DNA from: Bacteroidales bacterium
GTDB taxonomy: Bacteria; Bacteroidota; Bacteroidia; Bacteroidales; P3
Reading direction: 5' to 3'
Length of the DNA: 64,000 nucleotides
Assembly: GCA_017960605.1 (NCBI GenBank)
Contig: JAGCYV010000034.1
Location: 7,192-71,191, forward strand
Shown in pieces: positions 1 to 8,133 of this stretch (position 1 is the stretch's first letter; every line of letters starts with the position of its first letter). The notes under the pieces were generated by a model, which saw nothing but the letters and a program-made list of their open reading frames with translations, was not told the DNA's origin and did not search any database. Position numbers and translations under genes: made by a program.

Positions 1-912
1 CTTCTCCGAGCGGTCGCCGGTGGCCACCATCGTCTTGCGCTTGGACGAGAGTTCCTCCATGTACTTGTTGTACTCGCGCTCATAGAGACGGGTTCGCAGA
101 ATGGCGATGGCTTTCTCCTTATTCTTGATCTGCGACTTCTGGTCCTGCATGGAGACCACGATACCGGTGGGGATATGGGTCAGACGCACGGCCGAATAGG
201 TGGTGTTCACGCACTGACCGCCGGGACCTGAGGCACAGAAGGTGTCGATACGCACGTCGTTCATGTTGAGTTCCACGTCGAATTCCTCGGCCTCGGGGAG
301 CACCACCACTCCGGCAGCCGAGGTGTGGATGCGACCCTGGGTCTCGGTGGCAGGAACACGCTGCACGCGATGGACGCCGGACTCATACTTCAGGATACCA
401 TAAACCCCTTCGCCAGTGACGGTGAAGGTGATGTCCTTGTAGCCGCCGGAAGTGCCCTCGTTGAAGTCGGTGACCTCCACCTTCCAGTGCTTCTTCTCGC
501 AGAAGCGGGAATACATGCGGAAAAGGTCGCCGGCAAAGATGCAGGCTTCGTCACCGCCCGTACCTCCACGGATTTCCACCACAGCATTCTTCGAGTCCTG
601 CGGGTCGGCGGGGATGAGCAGGAGGCGTATCTCGTCCTCCATAGGCTCACGCCGCTCCTGGGCAGCCACCAGCTCTTCCTTGGCCATCTCGCGCAACTCG
701 GGGTCTTTCTCGTTCTCGAGCAGTTCCTTGCACTCATTGATGGTGTCAAGGAGCGACTTATATTCATGATAGGCTTTGACTACGGGCTTCAGATCCTTGT
801 AGTCCTTACTCAATTTTACATATCGTTTCATGTCCGCAGTGACTTGCGGATTGTTCATTTGTTGTTCAATCTCTTGATAACGAGCGTATATGGCTTCTAA
901 TTTATCTAACAT
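1..912 (-). CDS. prfA: peptide chain release factor 1 (N-terminal 304 codons; C-terminus runs off the left edge)
   Basis: Hand translation of the minus strand from ATG (complement of 910-912) gives MLDKLEAIYARYQEIEQQMNNP... It contains the RF1-type P-A-T tripeptide (HRVQRVPATETQGRIHT) and the GGQ loop (SGPGGQCVNTT). It is absent from the ORF track because no stop codon lies inside the window. Confidence 0.9.
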   Translation of the reverse strand, partial: MLDKLEAIYARYQEIEQQMNNPQVTADMKRYVKLSKDYKDLKPVVKAYHEYKSLLDTINECKELLENEKDPELREMAKEELVAAQERREPMEDEIRLLLIPADPQDSKNAVVEIRGGTGGDEACIFAGDLFRMYSRFCEKKHWKVEVTDFNEGTSGGYKDITFTVTGEGVYGILKYESGVHRVQRVPATETQGRIHTSAAGVVVLPEAEEFDVELNMNDVRIDTFCASGPGGQCVNTTYSAVRLTHIPTGIVVSMQDQKSQIKNKEKAIAILRTRLYEREYNKYMEELSSKRKTMVATGDRSEK

Positions 913-920
913 GGCGGTTG

Positions 921-928
921 CAAAAATA
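921..928 (-). promoter_or_regulatory. candidate Bacteroidota -7 promoter box (TATTTTTG) for prfA
   Basis: The plus-strand sequence CAAAAATA is TAttTTTG on the minus strand, matching the TAnnTTTG consensus. It sits in the 36-nt gap between the upstream stop (949) and the prfA ATG (912). Confidence 0.45.
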
Positions 929-948
929 CGAAAAATATTTGATATGCG

Positions 949-3654
949 TCATCGCAGAAGGGTGACGGTGCCGGTGGCGGAGTAGTAATAGGTGTCGGAG
1001 GTGGCGAGACGGTAGTGGAGGGTATAGACATAGGCTGCCTGGGGCAAAGGCCGGCCATGAGAGTCGGTGCCGTCCCAACGGAAATGGGGGTCGGAAGACT
1101 GATAGACCAGCAGCCCCTGACGATTGAAGATGCTGATGGTGAAGTCGAGCAGCTCACGGTTGGCAAACACCTGGAAGCAGTTGTTGTCGTCATTGAAAGA
1201 AGGGCTGAACACATCGGGAATCCAGAGGCTGGTGGAACCCAACGGCACATGCACCGAAGTATCGGAACAACAGAGCACCTGGTTGCAGGTGCGCATAGTG
1301 AAGTCGATGCCCTCGACCGAAGGCGTCCAGAAGGTGTGCATAGCCCGAGGACCTCCATATTCGGTGCCGTCGGAGAAAGTCCAATAGGTGAATTCGGCCC
1401 CGTCGGTGAGGTCATTGACGGTGATAGAGGGATTGTCGAGGTCGAGTTCCAACGGAGCGTACGACAACTGAGGCACCGGATAGGGCCAGACCTCGATTCT
1501 GACAGAGACATCCTCCAGCTGACAATGGCTCAAAGAGGAAGGATGGAGCGTGTAGGTGCTGGCCACACGGGGCGAGAGTCGGAGAACAGGGCTGCCTTGC
1601 TGTGCCTCAAGGTCGGGGTCGAGCGGTACGACAGACCAATCGAAATAGGTAGAATCTTCGTAGCGGTCATCCCGGAAAGCCGTGAGGGTGAGGGTGTCGC
1701 CCAGACAAAGGTTGCCCGACGAAGGATCGGTCAAGATACGGGGATTTTCATAGACGAAGAAAGAATCAAGGACAGATGCGGAGCAAGGGCAGTAGTTGGT
1801 AGTAAGAAGTTCGACGGTGTGACGACCTTCCTCAAGGTCGTTAAGAATGAGCAAGGTATCACCAACAAGACTATAGTGAGACGAGCTGGCGGAAGCGCCG
1901 GTCAAAGCATGGCCATCGACCTGCCATTCGAGTTGCAGACGTCCGTCGGCCAACCACATACGTGCCACCGAATCGAGCAAGGCCTGGGCCGTGAGGCTCT
2001 CGTCCTCGCAGAGACTGTGGTCGGAGAGATAGATAGGCACCACGCTGGGGCCTTTGACCGAGATAAACCTACGCTTGGCAGCACTGCAGGGTTCCGTCGT
2101 GGAATCCTCGACAGCAATGGCCACATGCTGCTCTACCAGATACGATCGGACCTCGGGGAAAATGTAACGAGCCGTATCTCTATAGACAGTATCAAGTGGA
2201 ACCTCACCATTGAGGTCGTCATAGATGACCCAATAGGTGGCCGAGGGGTCGAGGGAATCACCCGGAGGAGCGGCGGATGTATTGACGAAAGTGATGCCTC
2301 GGTCGCAAGAGTCTTGGGTGGCACAACGCACGATGGGACGGTGATTATAGACATTGACATAGAGCTTCGACGGGAAAGGCTTGGCCGGGTCGAGGGCGCT
2401 GTACATAACACACATGAAGGTCTGCCGCTCGAGGGTGTCGCCATTGAGCACAAAATCTATTACCGACGGACAGAAAACATTACTAGTGGAGTATGGCGAC
2501 AGGCGACGGAAAGGCACCGTATCCATACGTGCATAGTCAAGCAGGTCTTCCTGCGGACCGATGGAAGAGACAAACCACTCGTAACCTTTCATCCCGTCCG
2601 GAGCACGAAGGGTATCGACAAAAGGAGAAGTCCCTTCCGGGCAGCCTGAAGAGGAAAGTATAGGTGACATATAATCACCGACGATATAGGCATAAAGAGG
2701 ATCGACCCCCCAGATGCAGTTGCTGGAATAGAACTCAATGCGCACATCCTGACCGATGAATCTATTCAGATTCACCGCACACTTATTCCATGGTTTATAC
2801 ACATAGGAGCACGGCCATGCTCCACCTTCAGAACCATAGCGCCATGGGCTGCTACTGGTGAGCTCAGTAGTCAGCTGAGGGGCCGAAACCTTGTACCAAA
2901 GACTGTCGTTGATAGGCTCGTTGGCCCATTCTCCTGATGAATCACGCTGGACAATGCGCACCAGAAACTCTCCTGCATCGTAGGCATCATGGTCAAACCG
3001 ACGAGCCACAATGGCATAGTTGATTATCACCAACGCGTTATCATTCGTAATACGCATGGTATAGTAAAGAGACTGAGAACCATAAGTATGCTCTGGGATT
3101 ATCTCTCCATAATTTCCTATTGAACCAAGAATATTCCCTATACTATCTATCAACACACCACGCTGGCTATTCACCATACAACCCAATCGGATAGAATGGG
3201 TATAGCCTGGAGGGATACGCTGCATACCATGACCAAGAGTGTCTGTGGTGAAATTGTCAAGCCCCGCCAAGCTATCCCCAAAAATAAAGAATCGATGGTT
3301 GTTGGCATCCACACCATAATTGCGACAAGTATCCGTAAAAAAATTCAGCGTATCCACATGATAGCCTAAACTGTCGGTAGTGTCGGGAACCGTTTCATAC
3401 GTAGCATTGACCACAATACTCTTAATCACACTGTCGCCCACCAAATCAGGATTATATATACAACTGCTCATCACATGATAACCCGTCGTAGTGTCGTCAA
3501 AAACTCTATCTTGGAAGAGGCGGGCACCAATGCGGGCTGACCAATAATAGAGCGAGTCGCCAGTGTCGAAACTGGTGGTGTTACGGAACTGTGGTTGTGC
3601 AAACGATGTTACAAAACAACAGACCGCAAGTACTATGAGCCCTAGGCGTTTCAC
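949..3654 (-). CDS. T9SS type B C-terminal sorting domain protein (large secreted or cell-surface protein)
   Basis: 901 aa. Signal peptide MKRLGLIVLAVCCFVTSFAQ, with a GTG start. A PKD-like segment (TYWTFSDGTEYGG...CNQVLCCSDTS) is followed by a C-terminus LWIPDVFSPSFNDDNNCF...IFNRQGLLVY...WDGTDSHGRPLPQAAYVY...TGTVTLLR. This matches the gliding-motility-associated C-terminal domain (type B CTD) pattern. Confidence 0.85.
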   Translation of the reverse strand: MKRLGLIVLAVCCFVTSFAQPQFRNTTSFDTGDSLYYWSARIGARLFQDRVFDDTTTGYHVMSSCIYNPDLVGDSVIKSIVVNATYETVPDTTDSLGYHVDTLNFFTDTCRNYGVDANNHRFFIFGDSLAGLDNFTTDTLGHGMQRIPPGYTHSIRLGCMVNSQRGVLIDSIGNILGSIGNYGEIIPEHTYGSQSLYYTMRITNDNALVIINYAIVARRFDHDAYDAGEFLVRIVQRDSSGEWANEPINDSLWYKVSAPQLTTELTSSSPWRYGSEGGAWPCSYVYKPWNKCAVNLNRFIGQDVRIEFYSSNCIWGVDPLYAYIVGDYMSPILSSSGCPEGTSPFVDTLRAPDGMKGYEWFVSSIGPQEDLLDYARMDTVPFRRLSPYSTSNVFCPSVIDFVLNGDTLERQTFMCVMYSALDPAKPFPSKLYVNVYNHRPIVRCATQDSCDRGITFVNTSAAPPGDSLDPSATYWVIYDDLNGEVPLDTVYRDTARYIFPEVRSYLVEQHVAIAVEDSTTEPCSAAKRRFISVKGPSVVPIYLSDHSLCEDESLTAQALLDSVARMWLADGRLQLEWQVDGHALTGASASSSHYSLVGDTLLILNDLEEGRHTVELLTTNYCPCSASVLDSFFVYENPRILTDPSSGNLCLGDTLTLTAFRDDRYEDSTYFDWSVVPLDPDLEAQQGSPVLRLSPRVASTYTLHPSSLSHCQLEDVSVRIEVWPYPVPQLSYAPLELDLDNPSITVNDLTDGAEFTYWTFSDGTEYGGPRAMHTFWTPSVEGIDFTMRTCNQVLCCSDTSVHVPLGSTSLWIPDVFSPSFNDDNNCFQVFANRELLDFTISIFNRQGLLVYQSSDPHFRWDGTDSHGRPLPQAAYVYTLHYRLATSDTYYYSATGTVTLLR

Positions 3655-5159
3655 TGTCTATGTTTCAATCCCTTATCTACAATCTCATTGACTGCCGGCG
3701 ACACCCGCCACACATAGATAACCACAGCCAATGCCGCTGCCAAAACAAGTGTCTTCAACACAGCATCGACCAAAAGTGTGACGAGTGTCTGGTGGTGTGT
3801 AATGACGGGCGTCAACCAGTGGCACCACAGCACGTTGAGGCCGAAGCCGACGGCCATGATAACAACCACTTTGAGTTGTCCGAACGAGAAGAGGCTCACG
3901 CCCAGCCGCCGCCACAGATAAGAGAGTAGCAACAGGAAATAAAGTCCATAGGAGAGCAACGTAGCCGCAGCGGCTCCGTTGATGCCCCACACGCCTATCA
4001 ACCAAGAATTCAGAGCGATAGCCGAAGCGGTAAGCACTCCAATAAAGAGTAGTGCTCGGGGATAATGGCGCGAATAATTGAGCACATCGGTACCGATGGA
4101 GAGGGATGAATTGACCACCTTGGCCAATCCGAGCAGCAGCACCACGCCCATGCCTCCCACATACGAGGCTCCATTGGGAATGAAGGCATAGAGGGTTGGC
4201 AGGTTGATCCAAATGAGATAAAAGATCACCATGCTCACCAAGAACTGATGCAGGCTCACCTGACGCCCCAGGCGATTGACCTCGGTCCAATCGTTGTCCT
4301 TCACCGCTGCCGCCACCACAGGCCGCGAGATGGCACCTAACGAGCGATAGGGTACCTCAACCACATTGGCTATATAAAACGCGATGGTATAGACACCCGT
4401 CAGCGCCAGTCCCGTCTTGACTCCGAGGAATAGAGAGTTGATTAACGGGATGTTGCCGGCCAGCACAGTGGCAGTCATGAAGAGGGTGTAGCGGGCAATC
4501 TCCTTCACACGCTCCCGGGTGAGGAACTGCCAATCGATGCGGAACGAGATGTGTCCCAAACTGATGAGATACATCAGGTTCAAGACCATCGCCAATGCAT
4601 AGCTCCCGCAGAACATCCACACAAAAACATCCAGACTGACAAGCCCGTAGCCGTAAAGCAGGTAGGCTGCCAGATTGAAGAGTCGCACCCCCACCTCGCG
4701 CACCAGTTTGGGCACTGTGATACGCATCAACACCGAAGCATTGGTCTCGAACACCGTCATATACAGTGCGAAGAAGGTCAGCATCGGCAGCAGGTAGAAG
4801 TAGTCGGCCATCAGGGGCGACTTGCTGGCATAGAGGGCCTGCAGCGGATTGTGGAAAATCAAGAATATCAGTGCAAACAACAGGAATCCCGCCAATGGCA
4901 GCAGCAATGAGAGTCCGAAGATACCGTGATTGTCACGGTCATTTCTGAAATGGGGGAAGAAGCGGATGATAGATGCATTGGTACCCAGTTGTGCCAAACC
5001 GGAGAAGAGCATTGCCGCATCCACCATCACCCTCGTCAGACCAATCTCCTCCTCGGTCAGATAGCGGGTCAGCACAAAGAAAGTGATGACGAATCCTATC
5101 GCTACCCCCAAGTAGTTGGCCAACGCTCCTTTGATGCTCTGCCGTGCAATGATTCCCAT
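3651..5159 (-). CDS. polysaccharide biosynthesis / oligosaccharide flippase family membrane protein (Wzx/MOP-like)
   Basis: 502 aa, highly hydrophobic and multi-spanning. The N-terminus IARQSIKGALANYLGVAIGFV is typical of MOP-superfamily flippases. Its stop overlaps the GTG start of the downstream type B CTD gene (GTGA). Confidence 0.7.
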   Translation of the reverse strand: MGIIARQSIKGALANYLGVAIGFVITFFVLTRYLTEEEIGLTRVMVDAAMLFSGLAQLGTNASIIRFFPHFRNDRDNHGIFGLSLLLPLAGFLLFALIFLIFHNPLQALYASKSPLMADYFYLLPMLTFFALYMTVFETNASVLMRITVPKLVREVGVRLFNLAAYLLYGYGLVSLDVFVWMFCGSYALAMVLNLMYLISLGHISFRIDWQFLTRERVKEIARYTLFMTATVLAGNIPLINSLFLGVKTGLALTGVYTIAFYIANVVEVPYRSLGAISRPVVAAAVKDNDWTEVNRLGRQVSLHQFLVSMVIFYLIWINLPTLYAFIPNGASYVGGMGVVLLLGLAKVVNSSLSIGTDVLNYSRHYPRALLFIGVLTASAIALNSWLIGVWGINGAAAATLLSYGLYFLLLLSYLWRRLGVSLFSFGQLKVVVIMAVGFGLNVLWCHWLTPVITHHQTLVTLLVDAVLKTLVLAAALAVVIYVWRVSPAVNEIVDKGLKHRQ

Positions 5160-5212
5160 CGTTTTCAGACAATTATTCTTAAGCGTAACGCATTGCTTTT
5201 TATTTTATTGCA

Positions 5213-5220
5213 CAAATATA
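5213..5220 (-). promoter_or_regulatory. candidate -7 box (TATATTTG) for the flippase gene
   Basis: The plus-strand sequence CAAATATA is TAtaTTTG on the minus strand, 54 nt upstream of the ATG at 5159. Confidence 0.4.
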
Positions 5221-5230
5221 AAATTAATCG

Positions 5231-5238
5231 TACCTTTG
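5231..5238 (+). promoter_or_regulatory. candidate -7 box (TACCTTTG) for aroE
   Basis: Exact TAnnTTTG match ending 10 nt before the aroE ATG at 5249. Confidence 0.45.
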
Positions 5239-5248
5239 CATCATCGTA

Positions 5249-5983
5249 ATGAGACATTTCGCACTTATCGGATACCCATTAAAGCACTCACTCTCAGGTG
5301 AGTTATTCAACGAGCAACACTTCCCCGACGCCGACTACCACATTGAGGAACTGTCGTCGATCGAAAGGTTGCGCCAGTGGGTGGAAATGAAGGCTATCGC
5401 CGGTTTCAACGTCACCATTCCCTACAAACAGGCCATCCTTCCTCTCCTTGACGCACTCGGCTCCGAAGCCAAAGCCATCGGGGCGGTCAATTGTGTGGTC
5501 ATTGAGAACGGGAAACTCATCGGCCACAACACCGATGCCCCCGCCTTCCAACAAAGCTTAGGCGACTTACTAAACGCAAAACACTTAACACCCAACGTCG
5601 CCTTCATTCTCGGCACCGGCGGTGCCGCACATGCAGTGGCCTATGCCCTTCGGCAACTGGGCATCGATTATCAGTTTGTCAGTTGCCACCCCGAACGCCA
5701 TCCCAACGCCATCGGTTATTCTGACCTCGCCGCTCACCTTTCACCTTTCTCCCTGATAATCAATACCACCCCTGTAGGCATGTATCCCGACATAGACAAG
5801 GCTCCCCTCTCACTCCCTTCTCTCTCCCCAATCACTCCCCTTTTGATCTATGACCTCATCTACAACCCCTCTCCCACCCGCCTCCTCCGTGAAGCGGATG
5901 CCCTTGGGGTACAAACCAAGGACGGCTTGGAAATGCTCCGACTCCAAGCCCAACTCAGCTGGCGCCTCTGGCACCTGATTTAA
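5249..5983 (+). CDS. aroE: shikimate dehydrogenase
   Basis: 244 aa. The N-terminus FALIGYPLKHSLSGELFN and the glycine-rich NADP site ILGTGGAAHAVAYAL match the AroE family pattern. Confidence 0.85.
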   Translation: MRHFALIGYPLKHSLSGELFNEQHFPDADYHIEELSSIERLRQWVEMKAIAGFNVTIPYKQAILPLLDALGSEAKAIGAVNCVVIENGKLIGHNTDAPAFQQSLGDLLNAKHLTPNVAFILGTGGAAHAVAYALRQLGIDYQFVSCHPERHPNAIGYSDLAAHLSPFSLIINTTPVGMYPDIDKAPLSLPSLSPITPLLIYDLIYNPSPTRLLREADALGVQTKDGLEMLRLQAQLSWRLWHLI

Positions 5984-5989
5984 AAATAC

Positions 5990-6370
5990 TTACTCTACAG
6001 AAAGCACTTCCGAGACCACATACTGGCTCTGTCCGCGCCACGGAAGCGTGCCCATGTAGCGGTTCCACTTCAGCTCCACATGCTTGCCCGAACAACGCAT
6101 CAATTGCTCTGCCACAGTCTTATCAGTTACCGAAAACTTGAACTCATTGGATCTCAGCGCACCCGTAGTGTTTCCGGTAGCCTTGAATCCACTCTGTATC
6201 ATTTTCCCTTCATAAGTCTTGAAGACAACACCCTGCCGTTGGAAATAGTTAAGATCACCGGCATTGACACCCGAACTATAGACAAAGAAGAAGTGGAAAT
6301 AGACAAACAACGTCAGTGCGAGCACGACAGTCAACGATGCTATCGCGATAACCTTTGCTTTTTTTGACAT
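5990..6370 (-). CDS. hypothetical membrane-anchored protein
   Basis: The ORF track gives 5990..6412. I prefer the ATG at 6370 (MSKKAKVIAIASLTVVLALTLFVYF, one N-terminal TM helix), because the longer 5' extension runs into the hairpin that follows the tRNA genes. No recognisable domain. Confidence 0.5.
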   Translation of the reverse strand: MSKKAKVIAIASLTVVLALTLFVYFHFFFVYSSGVNAGDLNYFQRQGVVFKTYEGKMIQSGFKATGNTTGALRSNEFKFSVTDKTVAEQLMRCSGKHVELKWNRYMGTLPWRGQSQYVVSEVLSVE

Positions 6371-6404
6371 TTTTCCCATATCGGTCTGTATTTTTAATGC
6401 AAGT

Positions 6405-6430
6405 GAGGACAAACCTCTCGATTTGTCCTC
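6405..6430 (-). terminator. hairpin immediately downstream of the tRNA-Leu pair (possible terminator or processing structure)
   Basis: GAGGACAAA (6405-6413) pairs with TTTGTCCTC (6422-6430), giving a 9-bp stem and an 8-nt loop. There is no clear U-run. Confidence 0.35.
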
Positions 6431-6434
6431 TCTT

Positions 6435-6519
6435 TGGTGCCCGGAACAGGACTTGAACCTGCACTCCTCTCGAAATACGCACCTGAAACGTACGCGTCTA
6501 CCAATTCCGCCATCCGGGC
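6435..6519 (-). tRNA. tRNA-Leu (anticodon CAG)
   Basis: The reverse complement GCCCGGATGGCGGAATTGGTAGACGCGTACGTTTCAGGTGCGTATTTCGAGAGGAGTGCAGGTTCAAGTCCTGTTCCGGGCACCA folds by hand as a class II tRNA. It has a 7-bp acceptor stem, a long variable arm, a GGTTCAAGTCC T-arm, the anticodon loop TTCAGGT and an encoded CCA. Confidence 0.9.
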
Positions 6520-6536
6520 TCTCTGTGGTTCTTTTT

Positions 6537-6622
6537 TGGTGCCCAGGACAAGACTTGAACTTGCACCGCCTATGGCGACTACCCCCTCAAAGTAGCGTGT
6601 CTACCAATTCCACCACCTGGGC
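6537..6622 (-). tRNA. tRNA-Leu (anticodon GAG)
   Basis: The reverse complement GCCCAGGTGGTGGAATTGGTAGACACGCTACTTTGAGGGGGTAGTCGCCATAGGCGGTGCAAGTTCAAGTCTTGTCCTGGGCACCA is a class II tRNA with a long variable arm, the anticodon loop TTGAGGG and an encoded CCA. Confidence 0.88.
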
Positions 6623-6654
6623 AAAAAAGTAACTCTGTCTCTCAAAAGCGGGTG

Positions 6655-6685
6655 CAAAAGTACAAACATTTTCCAAACTGGCAAA
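6655..6685 (-). promoter_or_regulatory. candidate promoter of the tRNA-Leu pair (-7 TACTTTTG, -33 TTTG)
   Basis: On the minus strand, TACTTTTG lies at 6655-6662 and TTTG at 6682-6685, 19 nt apart. This is about 33 nt upstream of the tRNA-Leu(GAG) 5' end. Confidence 0.5.
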
Positions 6686-6694
6686 ACTTTTTTT

Positions 6695-6729
6695 CAGTGG
6701 CCAGTGACCAGTGACCAGTGACCAGTGAT
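6695..6729. repeat. tandem heptad array, 5 x CAGTGAC-like units
   Basis: CAGTGGC CAGTGAC CAGTGAC CAGTGAC CAGTGAT, read directly from the sequence. Confidence 0.95.
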
Positions 6730-6767
6730 TGTCAATGTCTTGCATCGGAATAATTTTTCTGACGCAG

Positions 6768-7418
6768 TCAGTTTTTGAAGACGTAACTGACAATGTTCGA
6801 CCCCATTCGGAACGCTTTTTGGCGGGTCGCCTGACTATCGTTGTGCACGTCCATATCTTCCCATCCGTCACCCAAGTCGCACTCCCACGTGAAAAAGCAC
6901 ACCAGCCGACCCTCCCAGATAAGTCCATAGCCTTTGGGGGGCAGGTTGTCGTGCTCGTGAATCTTGGGCAATCCATTGGGAAACTGATATTTCTGGTGAT
7001 AGATAGGATGAGAGAACGGCAACTCCACAAACTCCAGATCGGGGAACACCTTCTTCATCTGGGGCACGATGAACTCCCGCAGCCCATAGTTGTCGTCGAT
7101 ATGCAGGAACCCTCCGCCGATGAGATAGTTGCGCAGGTTCTGTGCCTCACGGTCGCTGAAGACCACGTTTCCGTGACCCGTCATGTGCACCAGCGGATAG
7201 TTGAACAGTTCGCTGCTGCCCACCTCCACCGTGGCCGGCTGCGGGTTGAGGCCCATCTGCTGGTCCTGGTTGCAGAAAGAGATGAGATTGGGCAGTGATG
7301 TGGGGTTGGCATACCAGTCTCCTCCTCCACCATATTTCAGCAACGCTATCTGCGGCTGGGCGCACAAAGTGAAAAGTGAAAAGTAAAAAGATAAAAGTAT
7401 GGACAACGTCTTTTTCAT
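6768..7418 (-). CDS. DUF4159-like secreted protein
   Basis: 216 aa. Signal peptide MKKTLSILLSFYFSLFTLCAQ, then LLKYGGGGDWYANPTSLPNL, which I recall as characteristic of the Bacteroidota DUF4159 family. Its ATG overlaps the rsmE stop (ATGA). Confidence 0.6.
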   Translation of the reverse strand: MKKTLSILLSFYFSLFTLCAQPQIALLKYGGGGDWYANPTSLPNLISFCNQDQQMGLNPQPATVEVGSSELFNYPLVHMTGHGNVVFSDREAQNLRNYLIGGGFLHIDDNYGLREFIVPQMKKVFPDLEFVELPFSHPIYHQKYQFPNGLPKIHEHDNLPPKGYGLIWEGRLVCFFTWECDLGDGWEDMDVHNDSQATRQKAFRMGSNIVSYVFKN

Positions 7419-8128
7419 GAGCGATCGTTGATTAAGTTGAAGGCAGTGACCGCATAGAGGGCGGCGGTCTCGGTGCGCAGACGCGAAGGCCCCAGGCTGA
7501 CGGGTTGGTAGCCATGTTGCAGTGCGAGAGCAATTTCCTCCTCCGAGAAGTCGCCTTCAGGACCTATGAGGATGGTGGTGTTGCGACCAGGTTGCAGAGC
7601 CATCGCCAAAGGTATGCGCGGCTTGTCGGCCTCGCAATGGGCGATGAAAAGCTGTGAGTTGTCGGGAACGGCCACCTCGGTGATGAACTCACGCACCGAC
7701 ATAACCGGCAGAATATCGGGCAGGATACCCCTGAGACTCTGCTTCATGGCACTGACAGCGATGCGTTGCAGGCGGTCGGTTTTCATAAATACCCGCTCCG
7801 AGTGGTCGCCCTGCAAAAGGTAAATCTGATTCACACCCACCTCCACAGCCTTCTCCACCAGCCATTCCATACGCGACGGATTCTTGGTGGGAGCCACAGC
7901 AAGGCACATATTCACAGGAAGCACGTCGGCCACCCTCTCGCCCATCACCTCGACGGTGCAACCCTTCTCCTCGGCTGTGATGATGCGGCACTGGACTATC
8001 TGCCCATGCCCGTCGGAGACATGGATGGCGTCGCCCTCGCGCAAACGCATCACACGCACCGCATGACGGCTCTCCTCAGCGTCGAGGGTGAACATAGGAG
8101 CGATATCGGGACTATAAAACAGCTGCAT
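7415..8128 (-). CDS. rsmE: 16S rRNA (uracil1498-N3)-methyltransferase
   Basis: MQLFYSPDI...ESRHAVRVMRLREGD and a C-terminal LGPSRLRTETAA match RsmE. The ORF-track start at 8137 is a TTG, so I prefer the ATG at 8128. Confidence 0.8.
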   Translation of the reverse strand: MQLFYSPDIAPMFTLDAEESRHAVRVMRLREGDAIHVSDGHGQIVQCRIITAEEKGCTVEVMGERVADVLPVNMCLAVAPTKNPSRMEWLVEKAVEVGVNQIYLLQGDHSERVFMKTDRLQRIAVSAMKQSLRGILPDILPVMSVREFITEVAVPDNSQLFIAHCEADKPRIPLAMALQPGRNTTILIGPEGDFSEEEIALALQHGYQPVSLGPSRLRTETAALYAVTAFNLINDRS

Positions 8129-8133
8129 GGTCT

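Noticed and set aside
1015-2649. 544-aa plus-strand ORF antisense to the type B CTD gene
   Set aside because: Its composition is low-complexity and rich in Gly, Arg, Val and Glu, as is typical of shadow ORFs opposite GC-rich genes. It has no motifs. The minus-strand frame has a signal peptide and a clear CTD.
6423-6632. 69-aa plus-strand ORF
   Set aside because: It lies entirely over the two tRNA-Leu genes on the opposite strand.
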